Origin: an uncultured Candidatus Saccharibacteria bacterium
GTDB taxonomy: Bacteria > Patescibacteriota > Doudnabacteria > UBA920
DNA: 64,000 nucleotides
NCBI GenBank assembly: GCA_964631145.1
Contig: CAZVXT010000002.1
Span: 1,140-65,139 of the forward strand
Direction: 5' to 3'
This document shows, piece after piece, positions 47,096 through 57,400 of the stretch. Under the pieces are notes generated by a model. The model made no database searches. It was not told the origin of the DNA and saw nothing but the letters and a program-made list of their open reading frames with translations. Numbering within the stretch: position 1 is the stretch's first letter; each line of letters opens with the position of its first letter. The position numbers were made by a program, and so were the translations under genes.

Positions 47096-47442
47096 ACGAG
47101 ATAATATTTTTTTATAGTGCGTTATATTTTGACCTTTTCATTGAGAGGTAGTTAAGATAGATAATCTATATTAACAGATTAATAATTCCCAATGATTATC
47201 GATAATAAAATCTACAGAAACTCTAACCCTCTTATCTGTAACTTTATTAAAGATTTTAAGTAAAATAATCAATGACTTATCAAGTGTATCAAGCATTTAG
47301 AACCCAAACAAGGGTTTTTGTGGATACGTTTTAATTAGACCCATATTTGAGGCATCTTTTATTTAAATCCGCTTAAATAAAGCAAAAAATAGCTTATTTT
47401 AACCTATGATTTACTCTATATATTAATGTTATAATTTACTTA

Positions 47443-49557
47443 ATGAACTTAGATATTTTAAATCAACCACAACGACAAGCCGTTACTGCAGATCTTGGTC
47501 CGGTTTTGGTGTTGGCAGGAGCTGGCAGCGGCAAAACCAGAGTTTTGACATACCGAATTGCTTATTTAATAGAGCAGGGTATGATGCCTGCAGATAAAAT
47601 TTTGGCTGTAACTTTTACAAATAAGGCAGCCAAAGAAATGCAAACAAGGATTAATAAATTGCTTACTTCAAATAAAGTTATTAAATCTGCCGGTCAACCA
47701 TCTCTTGGTACATTTCACTCTATTGGCGCTCGTATACTTCGCCACGACATTGCAAATCTTGGTTATACTCCCAATTTTGTTATTTTTGATTCTGATGATA
47801 CCAAAAAAATATTAGTAGATATTTTAAAAGAGTTAGATGTTCCAAAGCAATATGGACCAGGATTATTTAAAGCGTATATTTCTGGTGCAAAAAATTTGTT
47901 ACAATCTCCATCTCAAATGGATTTGGGGCTTGAAGGTAATTTCCATAACATGGTACAAGAGGTTTATATCCGTTACCAAAATTTTTTGGTCAGACAAAAT
48001 GCATTAGACTTTGATGACTTGTTAATGCTACCTATTAAATTATTTGAAAATTTTCCAGAGGTTTTACGCAAGTATCAAACTAAATGGCAGTATATATTGG
48101 TAGACGAGTATCAAGATACAAACCAGGCTCAATATATGTTTTTGCATTTGTTAGCAAAAAATAAAAATCTTTTTGTGGTTGGTGATGATGCTCAGAGTAT
48201 TTATGGTTTCCGGGGAAGTAATATTGCTAACATTTTAAATTTTGAAAAAGATTTTGGCGGAAGCTTAGTAATTAAATTAGAACAAAACTATCGTTCTACA
48301 AAAAATATTTTAGCTGCAGCTCAAAAAGTTATAGAACTTAATAGCGAACAGAAACCTAAAAGCTTATGGACAGATAATAATAGTGGTGAGAGGGTAATTA
48401 TTAAAGAGGCTTATGATGGTCGTGATGAAGCTAGATATGTAGCAAAGAAAATTATTAAACTATCAAGCCCCGATCTTGATAATGAATTAGAGTATGAAGT
48501 GGAGCAAGAATCTACAAGCTCTTATTCCATTCTCGATCATTTTCTAAAAAAGAATAATCAATCATATGGCTCCGGCAGCTTTTTACAGTTACCAAGTAAT
48601 CATTCAAGTTTAAAAGAATTTGCTGTCTTGTATCGAACTCATGCTCAAAGTCGCCAGTTAGAAGAAGTTTTTATTAGTGCAGGAATACCTTATCAGATTA
48701 TCGGGGGCGTAAAATTTTATGAGCGACGTGAAATTAAAGATGTGATTTCATTTTTGCGCCTTATATCTAATCCTCAAGATTTGTTATCTATTAAAAGAGT
48801 AATAAATCTGCCTCCGCGAGGACTGGGTCCAAAAGCGGTAGACCAAATTTCTAATTTTATCTTGTCATTGCCTAATGGATTGTCTCATGGTGAACTAGCG
48901 ACATATTTACCAGGGTTGGGTTTACCTGCAAAACAGAAAACTTCTGTAAATGATTTTTTTGCCACCTTACATAAATGTACTATTATCCCAGCAGAAGCAA
49001 CATTATCAGAGTTGTTAAAAGTGATATTAAAACAGTTTAATATAGAGTCAATATATACCGATGGTACTGATGATGGAGAGAATCGCAAAGAAAACATTAA
49101 AGAACTAGTAACCGTTACGGCAAAATTTGATAACCAAAATTGGCAAGAGTCTTTGCCTGTATTTTTGGAAGAAGTTGCTTTAATAACAGATTTAGATACA
49201 ATGGGTGAAAAAGGTGATAGTGTAACCATGATGACTTTGCATGCGGCTAAAGGTTTGGAATTTGATACAGTATTTTTTGTTGGATTGGAGGAAGGTATAC
49301 TCCCTCACAGTCAAAGTTTATTAAGCGCTAGTGATTTGGCAGAAGAAGTTAGATTGGCATACGTTGGTTTAACTAGAGCAAGGCAAAGACTATTTTTATT
49401 ATATGCTCAGAGTAGGCAAATTTATGGAAGCACTCAGGCGAGCACTCCTTCAAGAATTTTGCAAGCTCTGCCTAGTGATGCAGTTAAATATGATGGACCT
49501 GTAAATAATTTATTATCTTCCTCAGAAGATGGAGAATTAAGCTACGAACCGTTTTAA
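47443..49557 (+). CDS. pcrA: UvrD/PcrA DNA helicase
   Basis: AGAGSGKT, VDEYQDTN, GDDAQSIYGFRG, QNYRS, TLHAAKGLEF and EEVRLAYVGLTRA motifs. Confidence 0.95.
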   Translation: MNLDILNQPQRQAVTADLGPVLVLAGAGSGKTRVLTYRIAYLIEQGMMPADKILAVTFTNKAAKEMQTRINKLLTSNKVIKSAGQPSLGTFHSIGARILRHDIANLGYTPNFVIFDSDDTKKILVDILKELDVPKQYGPGLFKAYISGAKNLLQSPSQMDLGLEGNFHNMVQEVYIRYQNFLVRQNALDFDDLLMLPIKLFENFPEVLRKYQTKWQYILVDEYQDTNQAQYMFLHLLAKNKNLFVVGDDAQSIYGFRGSNIANILNFEKDFGGSLVIKLEQNYRSTKNILAAAQKVIELNSEQKPKSLWTDNNSGERVIIKEAYDGRDEARYVAKKIIKLSSPDLDNELEYEVEQESTSSYSILDHFLKKNNQSYGSGSFLQLPSNHSSLKEFAVLYRTHAQSRQLEEVFISAGIPYQIIGGVKFYERREIKDVISFLRLISNPQDLLSIKRVINLPPRGLGPKAVDQISNFILSLPNGLSHGELATYLPGLGLPAKQKTSVNDFFATLHKCTIIPAEATLSELLKVILKQFNIESIYTDGTDDGENRKENIKELVTVTAKFDNQNWQESLPVFLEEVALITDLDTMGEKGDSVTMMTLHAAKGLEFDTVFFVGLEEGILPHSQSLLSASDLAEEVRLAYVGLTRARQRLFLLYAQSRQIYGSTQASTPSRILQALPSDAVKYDGPVNNLLSSSEDGELSYEPF

Positions 49558-49558
49558 T

Positions 49559-50383
49559 ATGAATATAGAAACCTTAAAACAAAAACTTGCAGATTTTGGA
49601 CTTAGCCCAAATAAAACATATGGGCAGAATTTTTTAATGGATGAAATTGTCTTACAGGATATGGTTGATGAAGCTGAAGTTAATAAGGATGATATAGTTA
49701 TTGAAGTTGGTCCTGGTATTGGCAACTTAACTTCATTTTTAATTGCTAAGGCAAAGCAAGTTATTGCTATAGAAAAAGACGATCAATTTGTATCTGTTTT
49801 AAATCATTTAAAAAATAAAAATAAAAATTTCAATTATCAGTTATCCGATATCTTGCATACAGATATTGCAAATTTAGTAGGGGAGTCAAAATATAAAGTT
49901 GTAGCAAATATTCCATACTATATTACAGGTAAGATAATTCAAAAATTTTTATCTTTAAACAATAAACCTCAAAGTCTAACTTTGTTAGTTCAAAAAGAAG
50001 TGGCACAAAATTTAAGTGCTCCAGTAGGCAAATTAAACTTGTTAGCTATATCGGTTCAATTATACGCTGATGTAAAAATGTTAACGGTTGTTCCTGCTAT
50101 GAAATTTTACCCAGCACCGAAAGTTGATAGTGCTGTTGTGCAAATTATTTTGCATGATCACTCTAAGTATGTAAATTATGATGAAAAGAAGTTGTTCAAG
50201 ATTTTGAAAGCTTGCTTCTTAGGAAAGCGAAAACAACTTCATAACACTTTAGTTAATAATTTAAAATTAGAAAAGACTGTGGTAGAGACTGTATTAGATG
50301 AATGCAATATATCAGCCAACTCTCGTCCTCAGCAATTATCGATTGATCAATGGATAAATTTATCAAACAAAATTAATTTATAA
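49559..50383 (+). CDS. rsmA: 16S rRNA m6,2A methyltransferase
   Basis: GQNFL, EVGPGIG, VANIPYYIT and FYPAPKVDS motifs. Confidence 0.96.
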   Translation: MNIETLKQKLADFGLSPNKTYGQNFLMDEIVLQDMVDEAEVNKDDIVIEVGPGIGNLTSFLIAKAKQVIAIEKDDQFVSVLNHLKNKNKNFNYQLSDILHTDIANLVGESKYKVVANIPYYITGKIIQKFLSLNNKPQSLTLLVQKEVAQNLSAPVGKLNLLAISVQLYADVKMLTVVPAMKFYPAPKVDSAVVQIILHDHSKYVNYDEKKLFKILKACFLGKRKQLHNTLVNNLKLEKTVVETVLDECNISANSRPQQLSIDQWINLSNKINL

Positions 50384-50401
50384 TTTTAGATAATCAAATT
50401 T

Positions 50402-50494
50402 AAAACAAGATTGAATTTTTTGCAACACTTCCAGAACTCTATTATTAAAATTATTTATAGAGTGAGGATGAGTTTAAAAATTCAATCTTGTTTT
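50402..50494. repeat. Palindromic element, divergent family member (copy D, opposite orientation)
   Basis: 19-bp outer stem; core TCC-AGA-ACTCTAT...ATAGAGT-GA-GGA. Confidence 0.7.
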
Positions 50495-50614
50495 TTATAT
50501 TTTATAAATATAAGATGCAAAACTGCGTACCAGAGATTTTGTCTATAATTATTCTGGAGATGGTTTGGTTAGAACTGTAAAAATTGTTACTTAAATATTT
50601 CGTAATAAGTTGGT

Positions 50615-51109
50615 TTAATATATCAACTTAACTTTATCTCCAACTCTAACATTATTTTTTTGACTCCAATTTCCGTTTACTTCTAAAACATAATCTATCT
50701 CAGATGGGGGATAGAAAACAGGAAGTTGATTGAGTGGAGTTTTGATGTCTGGAGCTGCAACGTTTTGATTTATAGAAATAATTACATTATCCTTAATCCA
50801 AATTAAATCTAAATTAAAGTTCATTTCTTTCATCCAAAACCCAGGAGTATTATTTGCATCTTTTGTAAAATCAAAAAGCATTCCGGCGTCATCATTTAGT
50901 TTGGATCTATTTGATAACCCTTGCTGTTTTTGTTTATCTGTCACAGCTAACTCAACGTTTAATATTTTTGAATTTATATCTAACTGTTTGACATATTTTG
51001 AGCTTGAGATTTTGGTTTGTTCAGTGGCTTGTGATGCGTTTAAGTTTGCTTGATTACTGCATCCAGAAGCCAAGAAAATCAGGCAGAGTAGGGGAAGTAT
51101 TTTTTTCAT
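50615..51109 (-). CDS. DUF192-family lipoprotein
   Basis: Lipobox LASGC; VELA...QGLS.R, GMLF, FWMK, LDLIWI and VLEVN motifs. Confidence 0.88.
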   Translation of the reverse strand: MKKILPLLCLIFLASGCSNQANLNASQATEQTKISSSKYVKQLDINSKILNVELAVTDKQKQQGLSNRSKLNDDAGMLFDFTKDANNTPGFWMKEMNFNLDLIWIKDNVIISINQNVAAPDIKTPLNQLPVFYPPSEIDYVLEVNGNWSQKNNVRVGDKVKLIY

Positions 51110-51206
51110 AAATATAACTTGATTTTTTTGTTTAAATCTGCTATAATTATAATATAAAGTGATAGATTTCTGAAATAAAAACCAAAAAACAACTAAATAA
51201 ATTGCA

Positions 51207-51575
51207 ATGTACAGTAAGTTTGAAAAAAATAAACTTATTAAAATAGCTACTTTTGTAGTGCTTTTTTTGTTGTCAATACAAATAATATCTTTTCCAAAAT
51301 ATACATTGGCTGCTGTTTTGAGCAAGCCATTTGGGGGAGTAATTATATCGTATGTTCCTTCAACACCGCTATGTCCAGTTCCTCATACTTTGATCTATGA
51401 TTTTAAAACAAGGTTGTCATTTGGGATTGCTGTTTTGCCATCGTCTGTAGTTTATGCGTATGCAAATTTATTTAAGCCTGGTACATTTGTTTTGGGTAAA
51501 GCTGGTACAGTAAGCATTACATGCGCATTGCCATATTTAATTTATCCAATTATACAAGTAGGTACTTCTAAATAA
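51207..51575 (+). CDS. Small exported protein, first gene of the T4SS-like cluster
   Basis: Hydrophobic N-terminus; PFGG...C...VLG...C...GTS. Confidence 0.65.
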   Translation: MYSKFEKNKLIKIATFVVLFLLSIQIISFPKYTLAAVLSKPFGGVIISYVPSTPLCPVPHTLIYDFKTRLSFGIAVLPSSVVYAYANLFKPGTFVLGKAGTVSITCALPYLIYPIIQVGTSK

Positions 51576-51580
51576 AAAAA

Positions 51581-52276
51581 ATGAAATTATTTATTGAAAA
51601 ATTAAATAATGCTGGTTTTAATAAAAACCATTTCCAATTAATTGGATTGGCAATGATTGTTTTTGTCATTCTAATTTTTGCTAAATCAGAAATTAGTTTG
51701 AAGTCTCTAGTTACTCAAGCCGATTCTAAACCGGAGATACTTACTTATGAAGATGCTTTAAAGCAAGTATCATCTAATAATAAAGTTAACTCAGATCAGT
51801 TTAATAAAGATTTGGAAAATCAATTTGCTCTTCTTGATAGAGGGCAAGCAGATGGAAAGGTGTTAGGAGAGGCGATTGGGATTGGTGCAATTCCAGATTC
51901 TTCTGAGTTAGCTGTGCCCGAAGCTTTTAATGAATATCCGGTTGTAACTTCAAATGATAATTCTTCAGTTGCAATTGCTAATTATCAAAATGCCATTACG
52001 AATATCGAAGCAAGATATGGCACAGTAGAGATGTTGGCGGATTTAAATTCGGATGATAAGCAAATGATAAATTCTAGTTTGGCAAAGTGGAAAAATTTAT
52101 TATTAGAAATTTCAAAAATAAATGTTCCATCTAGTTTGGCAGAAAGCCATAAAAATAAAATCGTATACTACTATGCAATTATGAAAACCGGAGAAGTGTA
52201 TGCAGGGCAACTAGATGAATCTAAATTATCGTATTACTTAAAAATAATGTTAAGCTACGCAAATAAGGTGCAGTAA
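51581..52276 (+). CDS. Membrane-anchored hypothetical protein
   Basis: N-terminal TM; tightly spaced operon. Confidence 0.7.
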   Translation: MKLFIEKLNNAGFNKNHFQLIGLAMIVFVILIFAKSEISLKSLVTQADSKPEILTYEDALKQVSSNNKVNSDQFNKDLENQFALLDRGQADGKVLGEAIGIGAIPDSSELAVPEAFNEYPVVTSNDNSSVAIANYQNAITNIEARYGTVEMLADLNSDDKQMINSSLAKWKNLLLEISKINVPSSLAESHKNKIVYYYAIMKTGEVYAGQLDESKLSYYLKIMLSYANKVQ

Positions 52277-52277
52277 A

Positions 52278-54269
52278 ATGAAAAACAAAAATAAAAAAAT
52301 TCAAAAAATAATTGCTAGCTCATTATTATTACTTGTAATGTTGCCAACTTTTGTATCTGCTCAAAGTTTGCTTGGAGGATTGGATACTGTACCTGTTAAT
52401 GATGGGAGTCTTAATTCTAAGTTTGGATTTGACCAAGGGGCTTTGGGAGGGACAGTTGGCACTATCGTTAAAATAGCAGACCAGATCAACAAGATTAAGG
52501 CAGGGCTATCTTCAGTGTGTGCTAAAACAATTGAAGCCTTGGGTACTGCTACAGATGTGAGTGATTATATTTCTAAAGCACAAAATAATCCAGCTTTCTG
52601 GCAACAGATTTTAGGTGGCAGTGCGGTAGAGGCTACAACTATTACAGTTCAAATCCAATTTTTGAATGCAACTTTTGCGTGTGTTAAAAATTTTAATGAA
52701 AGCTTAAAGGATGTAAAGCCTGGAACTTTTGAAGAGTCTCAAAACTTGCAAAAACTTATTACTCACTACGGAGATATACAAACTCAATTGAGTGGGAAGA
52801 TTGAAAGCTTAAATGCGAGAGCGAGTGCAAGCTGGAAAGATGTGTTAAAAGCTGTGATGGTTAAAATGATTTTAACCTTGAACAAAAATTTAACTACAGA
52901 ACTAGTGAATGGTTTAGTTCAGAAATACAGAATAGAGGACTACTTGGCATATGGAGATGCGGTAGCTACTCAGTTGTATTCTATGAAATACATTAATGAA
53001 AATTATTCTGGTGATGCGCGTACTCAAATGATGTTGCGTTCTTTAGTACAAAGCCAGAAGTTTCCAGAAAAAGCAGCGACTGCGATGACCTTTGCAAATC
53101 AAATGGCACAAGAGCAGTTAAATAAATCTTGCGATGGTGTAAAGGATATAGAATCATCAGATACAGAAAGTTATCTAAGATGTATATCAGCATATGGACA
53201 AGCAGAAACTAGCCCCGCTTATCAATACATGCAAGCTTTAGATAAAACTTCTGTGGTATTAGCAGCTGCAAAAAATAGTACTGCGCAAGAAATTGCAACT
53301 AGTAATGGTTTTGCACCGCCTCGCGATTGTAGTGGGTCTGTTGCAGCGCAGCAACAAATTGATAGTAGTTATGATCAGGCAGTAAGTGATTTGGAAACTG
53401 CAAAAAGAACTACAGAGCTATTGTTAGATGCTTATACCAAAAACCCAACTCCTGCTCAAGAGGCAGAGTACAATAAAGCTTTTGCCGCAGAGCAAATTGC
53501 AGAAGACAAATTAAACAATTTAAGCAAAAACACTAAAACCCCTGTCATAGATATTTGTAAAGCAATTACCGCACCAAGCAATTTTGTTTCTGATCAGATT
53601 AATAATTTCTTAAAACAACATTTGGATCAAGCTTCCCAATTAAAGAGTGATAACTTGCCATTTTATGCAAACTTCTTAAGCGACGTTGCAAGTAACTTTT
53701 TAACCAACTTAATTGTGGGTGGAAAAAGCACTGGTCAAGTATTTAAGGAAGCTGGTTATCAGGCATTAGGCGGCACAATTGTGGCATTGTCTGACGCTCA
53801 AAAGCAAGCTGCTAAAAATACAACTGGTCCAATTACTCCAGGTAAAATAACCGAAGGGTATGTAAAGATTTATGCTAGAGAAGTGGTTAATAGTGATTTG
53901 ACCGGTGATAATACCACTACTTTAAGTGCTGGCAAGAACTATGCGATCGTCGTAGACTTTAAAGACTTGGTTAGTACTGGTGACGCTAACTATACACCAG
54001 TAAGAATGGTTGTTAGCGGAGTAGCGGGCGGTCCGTTAAACTTTGATATTAGCTCTGCAGAATTGAATAGCGGTACTGTCACTTTTGATGTGAGTAACGC
54101 TACAAAATCCTTTACAGTTAAAGTTTTGTTATATTCTAAGTTGGCTGGTACACCAGAAAACTTAATTAGAGCTGAAGGTTGGAGTCAAAACTTTGGAGTT
54201 GGGGTTGTACAAGGCGTAAGTACTGTAAGTTTTTATCCACGCGGTACTTTTGCCCCTAGAGGGAATTAA
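52278..54269 (+). CDS. Large exported helical protein, T4SS-cluster associated
   Basis: Signal peptide, paired Cys, coiled-coil-like segments. Confidence 0.7.
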   Translation: MKNKNKKIQKIIASSLLLLVMLPTFVSAQSLLGGLDTVPVNDGSLNSKFGFDQGALGGTVGTIVKIADQINKIKAGLSSVCAKTIEALGTATDVSDYISKAQNNPAFWQQILGGSAVEATTITVQIQFLNATFACVKNFNESLKDVKPGTFEESQNLQKLITHYGDIQTQLSGKIESLNARASASWKDVLKAVMVKMILTLNKNLTTELVNGLVQKYRIEDYLAYGDAVATQLYSMKYINENYSGDARTQMMLRSLVQSQKFPEKAATAMTFANQMAQEQLNKSCDGVKDIESSDTESYLRCISAYGQAETSPAYQYMQALDKTSVVLAAAKNSTAQEIATSNGFAPPRDCSGSVAAQQQIDSSYDQAVSDLETAKRTTELLLDAYTKNPTPAQEAEYNKAFAAEQIAEDKLNNLSKNTKTPVIDICKAITAPSNFVSDQINNFLKQHLDQASQLKSDNLPFYANFLSDVASNFLTNLIVGGKSTGQVFKEAGYQALGGTIVALSDAQKQAAKNTTGPITPGKITEGYVKIYAREVVNSDLTGDNTTTLSAGKNYAIVVDFKDLVSTGDANYTPVRMVVSGVAGGPLNFDISSAELNSGTVTFDVSNATKSFTVKVLLYSKLAGTPENLIRAEGWSQNFGVGVVQGVSTVSFYPRGTFAPRGN

Positions 54270-54290
54270 GAACTTTAAAAACATAACAAT

Positions 54291-54322
54291 AAAAACCGCT
54301 GATCATATAATCAGCGGTTTTT
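54291..54322. terminator. Bidirectional terminator
   Basis: AAAAACCGCTGAT...ATCAGCGGTTTTT. Confidence 0.8.
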
Positions 54323-54478
54323 CTTATAAAAGATTTTTTAGATTGAAGAGTATATTTTTTGAATTTTCAATCCTTAAAATTGATTTTAAATTATATAAAA
54401 TTTAATTTGGGTTTTACACATCTAATATGGTATAATTATTTTAAGTTTTGAGATAAATTTTACCAAAATTTTAAGACC

Positions 54479-57400
54479 GTGAATCAGAAACAAACATCAA
54501 AATTACACAATAAATTTAGAAACAAATTTTTGATTTTTAAGAAGCCTTTACTCCTATTTTTGGCTTTTGTTTTGTTAATGCCGATTGTTATAACATTGAC
54601 AAACACTGCAAAAGCCGGGGCTTCTTTTAATTTTTCAGAAAGCGGAACTTTATCTGACGAATCAAAGACAGGAAATTGCCCTGTTAACAAAATGCCTTTT
54701 AAATCTGTGATTGAAGTGAATAAGCCTCAAAATGCAGGTGGACTGCTTTCTAATAGCACTTTTACTACAGGTATCAATCAGGATTTGAAGTTTTATGTTA
54801 GCATGGAGGTGACAAATAATACTGGAATAAGAGGTGCGGTAGATAGTGTATCTGGTGGTGCGGCAAACTTTCAAACGATAGTTGATAACTGTAAGGCTCA
54901 GGCAGAAGCTGGCAAGATTAACCTAAGGGCAGTTATAGATTATAAAAGATTTACAGTAGCTGGTAATAACCCTTATATTGCTGCTGGTCAATTGCGTACC
55001 CCAGCAGTAACAATGACTTTTGGGAATGGTAAATTAGAAGCCAATTTAACAACTAAAATCCCAACTTCAAGTTTGGGTGGAGCTATTGTTGGTGACAATA
55101 GTCCTAGTTCGACAGGTGATAGAATAATTGTTTCATTTGAGGTCACTGCAAATGTAGGGACTACTTGGAATCGAAATATTAGTGGAACTGGAATAACTGG
55201 ACTACTTCAAAAGGCTAATGTAAATGATGAATCTGTAACTCAGGCTGTAAATCAATCTAAAGAAGTTGGAACTAGTACAACTGTGGATTTGCAAGACGTT
55301 GCAAAATCTTTAACTTTGGATAGTACAAAAGATAAAAAAGGATTTGAAACAGTTTATAGATACGCTGAAGATCAAAAGGATACAGATTCTGCAAGGCAAG
55401 GTAAAATTCAAATTCCGTTTTATTTAAGCTGGAAAGGTACTGGATCACCTCCGTTGTTAAATTCTCCTTTGATTAGGCAACAAGACGCTCTTTTTAAAGG
55501 GGCTTTAGATGGCTTCTACTTGGGTATCTCTAAAGAGTATAAAAATGACAAATCAACTCCGCAATGTGGTAGTACTATCACGGATTTTTGGTGTACTTCA
55601 TTAATTTTAGATCAGGCTCCAAAACAAGCTAGAGAATTAGATGTTCAAGACACTTTGAATTTATCTTATGCAAATATATCTGCTTTAGACACAGATACCG
55701 CAGCTGCTTCTACTGCAACCACCAAACCAAAGTTGGTCAAAAAAGCCGTTGCTTTGCCTATGGTATCAGTTAAGGCAAGCAATGATAATGCAGTAATGAC
55801 TAATAATTCATCTGCTATTACTATCGAAGTTTATGCAACCTTTGAAGATTTGAAAAAAGCTTGCCAAGAAGCAGATGCAAATGCTGATTGTTCTAAACCA
55901 GAAAATTTATATTACGGACATAAATATACAGAAGTAACAACTACAGGAGCCCAAGATTCTAAAGATACAACCGCTAAAACTTTAATTGATTTTCTTCGTC
56001 GCGTTGTTGTTGATATTACATTGCTGCTTACAGGATTAATTTATAAGATTTTTTCATTCATTTTAGTCCCAGTATTAAAAGCACTCTTAAGTATTCATCC
56101 ATATGAAGATAAATTTGTAGATTTTATCTACCCTGGTTGGGTTATTATTAGAAACCTGACTAACATTGCATTTATCATTGCCCTTCTTGTTATGGGGTTA
56201 AAAGTTATGTTTAGACAAGAAGGGGTAGGTAATAGCCAAGGGTTTTTAGTTCGCCTAATTTTAATGGCATTGTTAGTTAATTTTAGCTTAGTTATAGGTC
56301 AAAGCGTGGTAGCCATAGCAGACACGGTACAGTCTCAATTTTTACCAGAAAATAATAAGGTACTCGAAGTTCTGGGTCAGAAATTAATGGTAGACCCTGT
56401 AATTATATTTAGAGATAGCTTAAATGACCCTAATAATAATTTTTCTGAAACCCCTGCTGCAAGTGATATTTTTAAACCAATAGTTTTGTTGGTGTTATCT
56501 ATAGCTTCATTTTTTGCTTTTGTTGCATTAGCTGGTCTTATCTTTGTACGTATTATTATGCTTTGGGTTTTGTATATGGTTTCGCCATTTGCATATTTTG
56601 GTAGACTCCTTAAAGAAACGCAAAAGTATGCTGATCAATGGTGGAGTGAATTTATAAAGCAGACCATGACAGTACCAATACTCGCTTTCTTCTTAAATAT
56701 CACAGCTTTAATGGCAACTACATTTGCTGTTCGCACAGGAAGCTCTGTAACTGTTTCTCCGGCAAACGAATATCTGCTTGGCGGTATTACTGGAGATTTG
56801 GCAACTTTTACCATCACAGTTATTTCTCATTTTGTTGTTTTGATATTTTTGGGCGCAGGAATGGTCTATGCAACATCTGCTGGAGGTATTGGCTCTAAAG
56901 CGGTTGTTAAATATGCTAAGAAAGGGTTTGATAACTTTACTACCAGACCTGCTAAATGGGCATATAATCAAGCTAAAGATTTGGGTAAGTATGGAGTTAA
57001 ACAAGGCAAACTATTTGGAAAAGACGCTGCAAATACTTTTTACGAACGCAATATCGCTGGTGGTATGCTTGACCTTAAAAAATGGAAAGATAATTGGAAG
57101 TCTTCTGTTGCAGAAACTACTAAAAGACGAAAAGCAGAGAGATTGGCACGTAATGCTCAAAAGCTTGGACCTGGAAACTTATTGCCTAAAGATGCGACAA
57201 GTTGGGCTGAGTTAGGTAAAAATTGGAAACAAGCTGGCAAGTATTTAGCAGCAAAAATTAAAGGACGTGGACCTGATGGCTTATTAAATAATGCTAATAA
57301 ATTCCAAGAAGCATCTCAGATATTAACAGATAATGATCGTGCTGCGTTAATGAGCAGATATGCAAATCATGTAAGTGACAAAGCAGATATTGATCATGAA

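Noticed and set aside
47096-47442. Long intergenic region with weak stems (AGAGG/CCTCT, ATTATCGATAAT) upstream of the LysM-CHAP gene
   Set aside because: Short AT-rich pairings not distinguishable from chance; no riboswitch consensus recognised.
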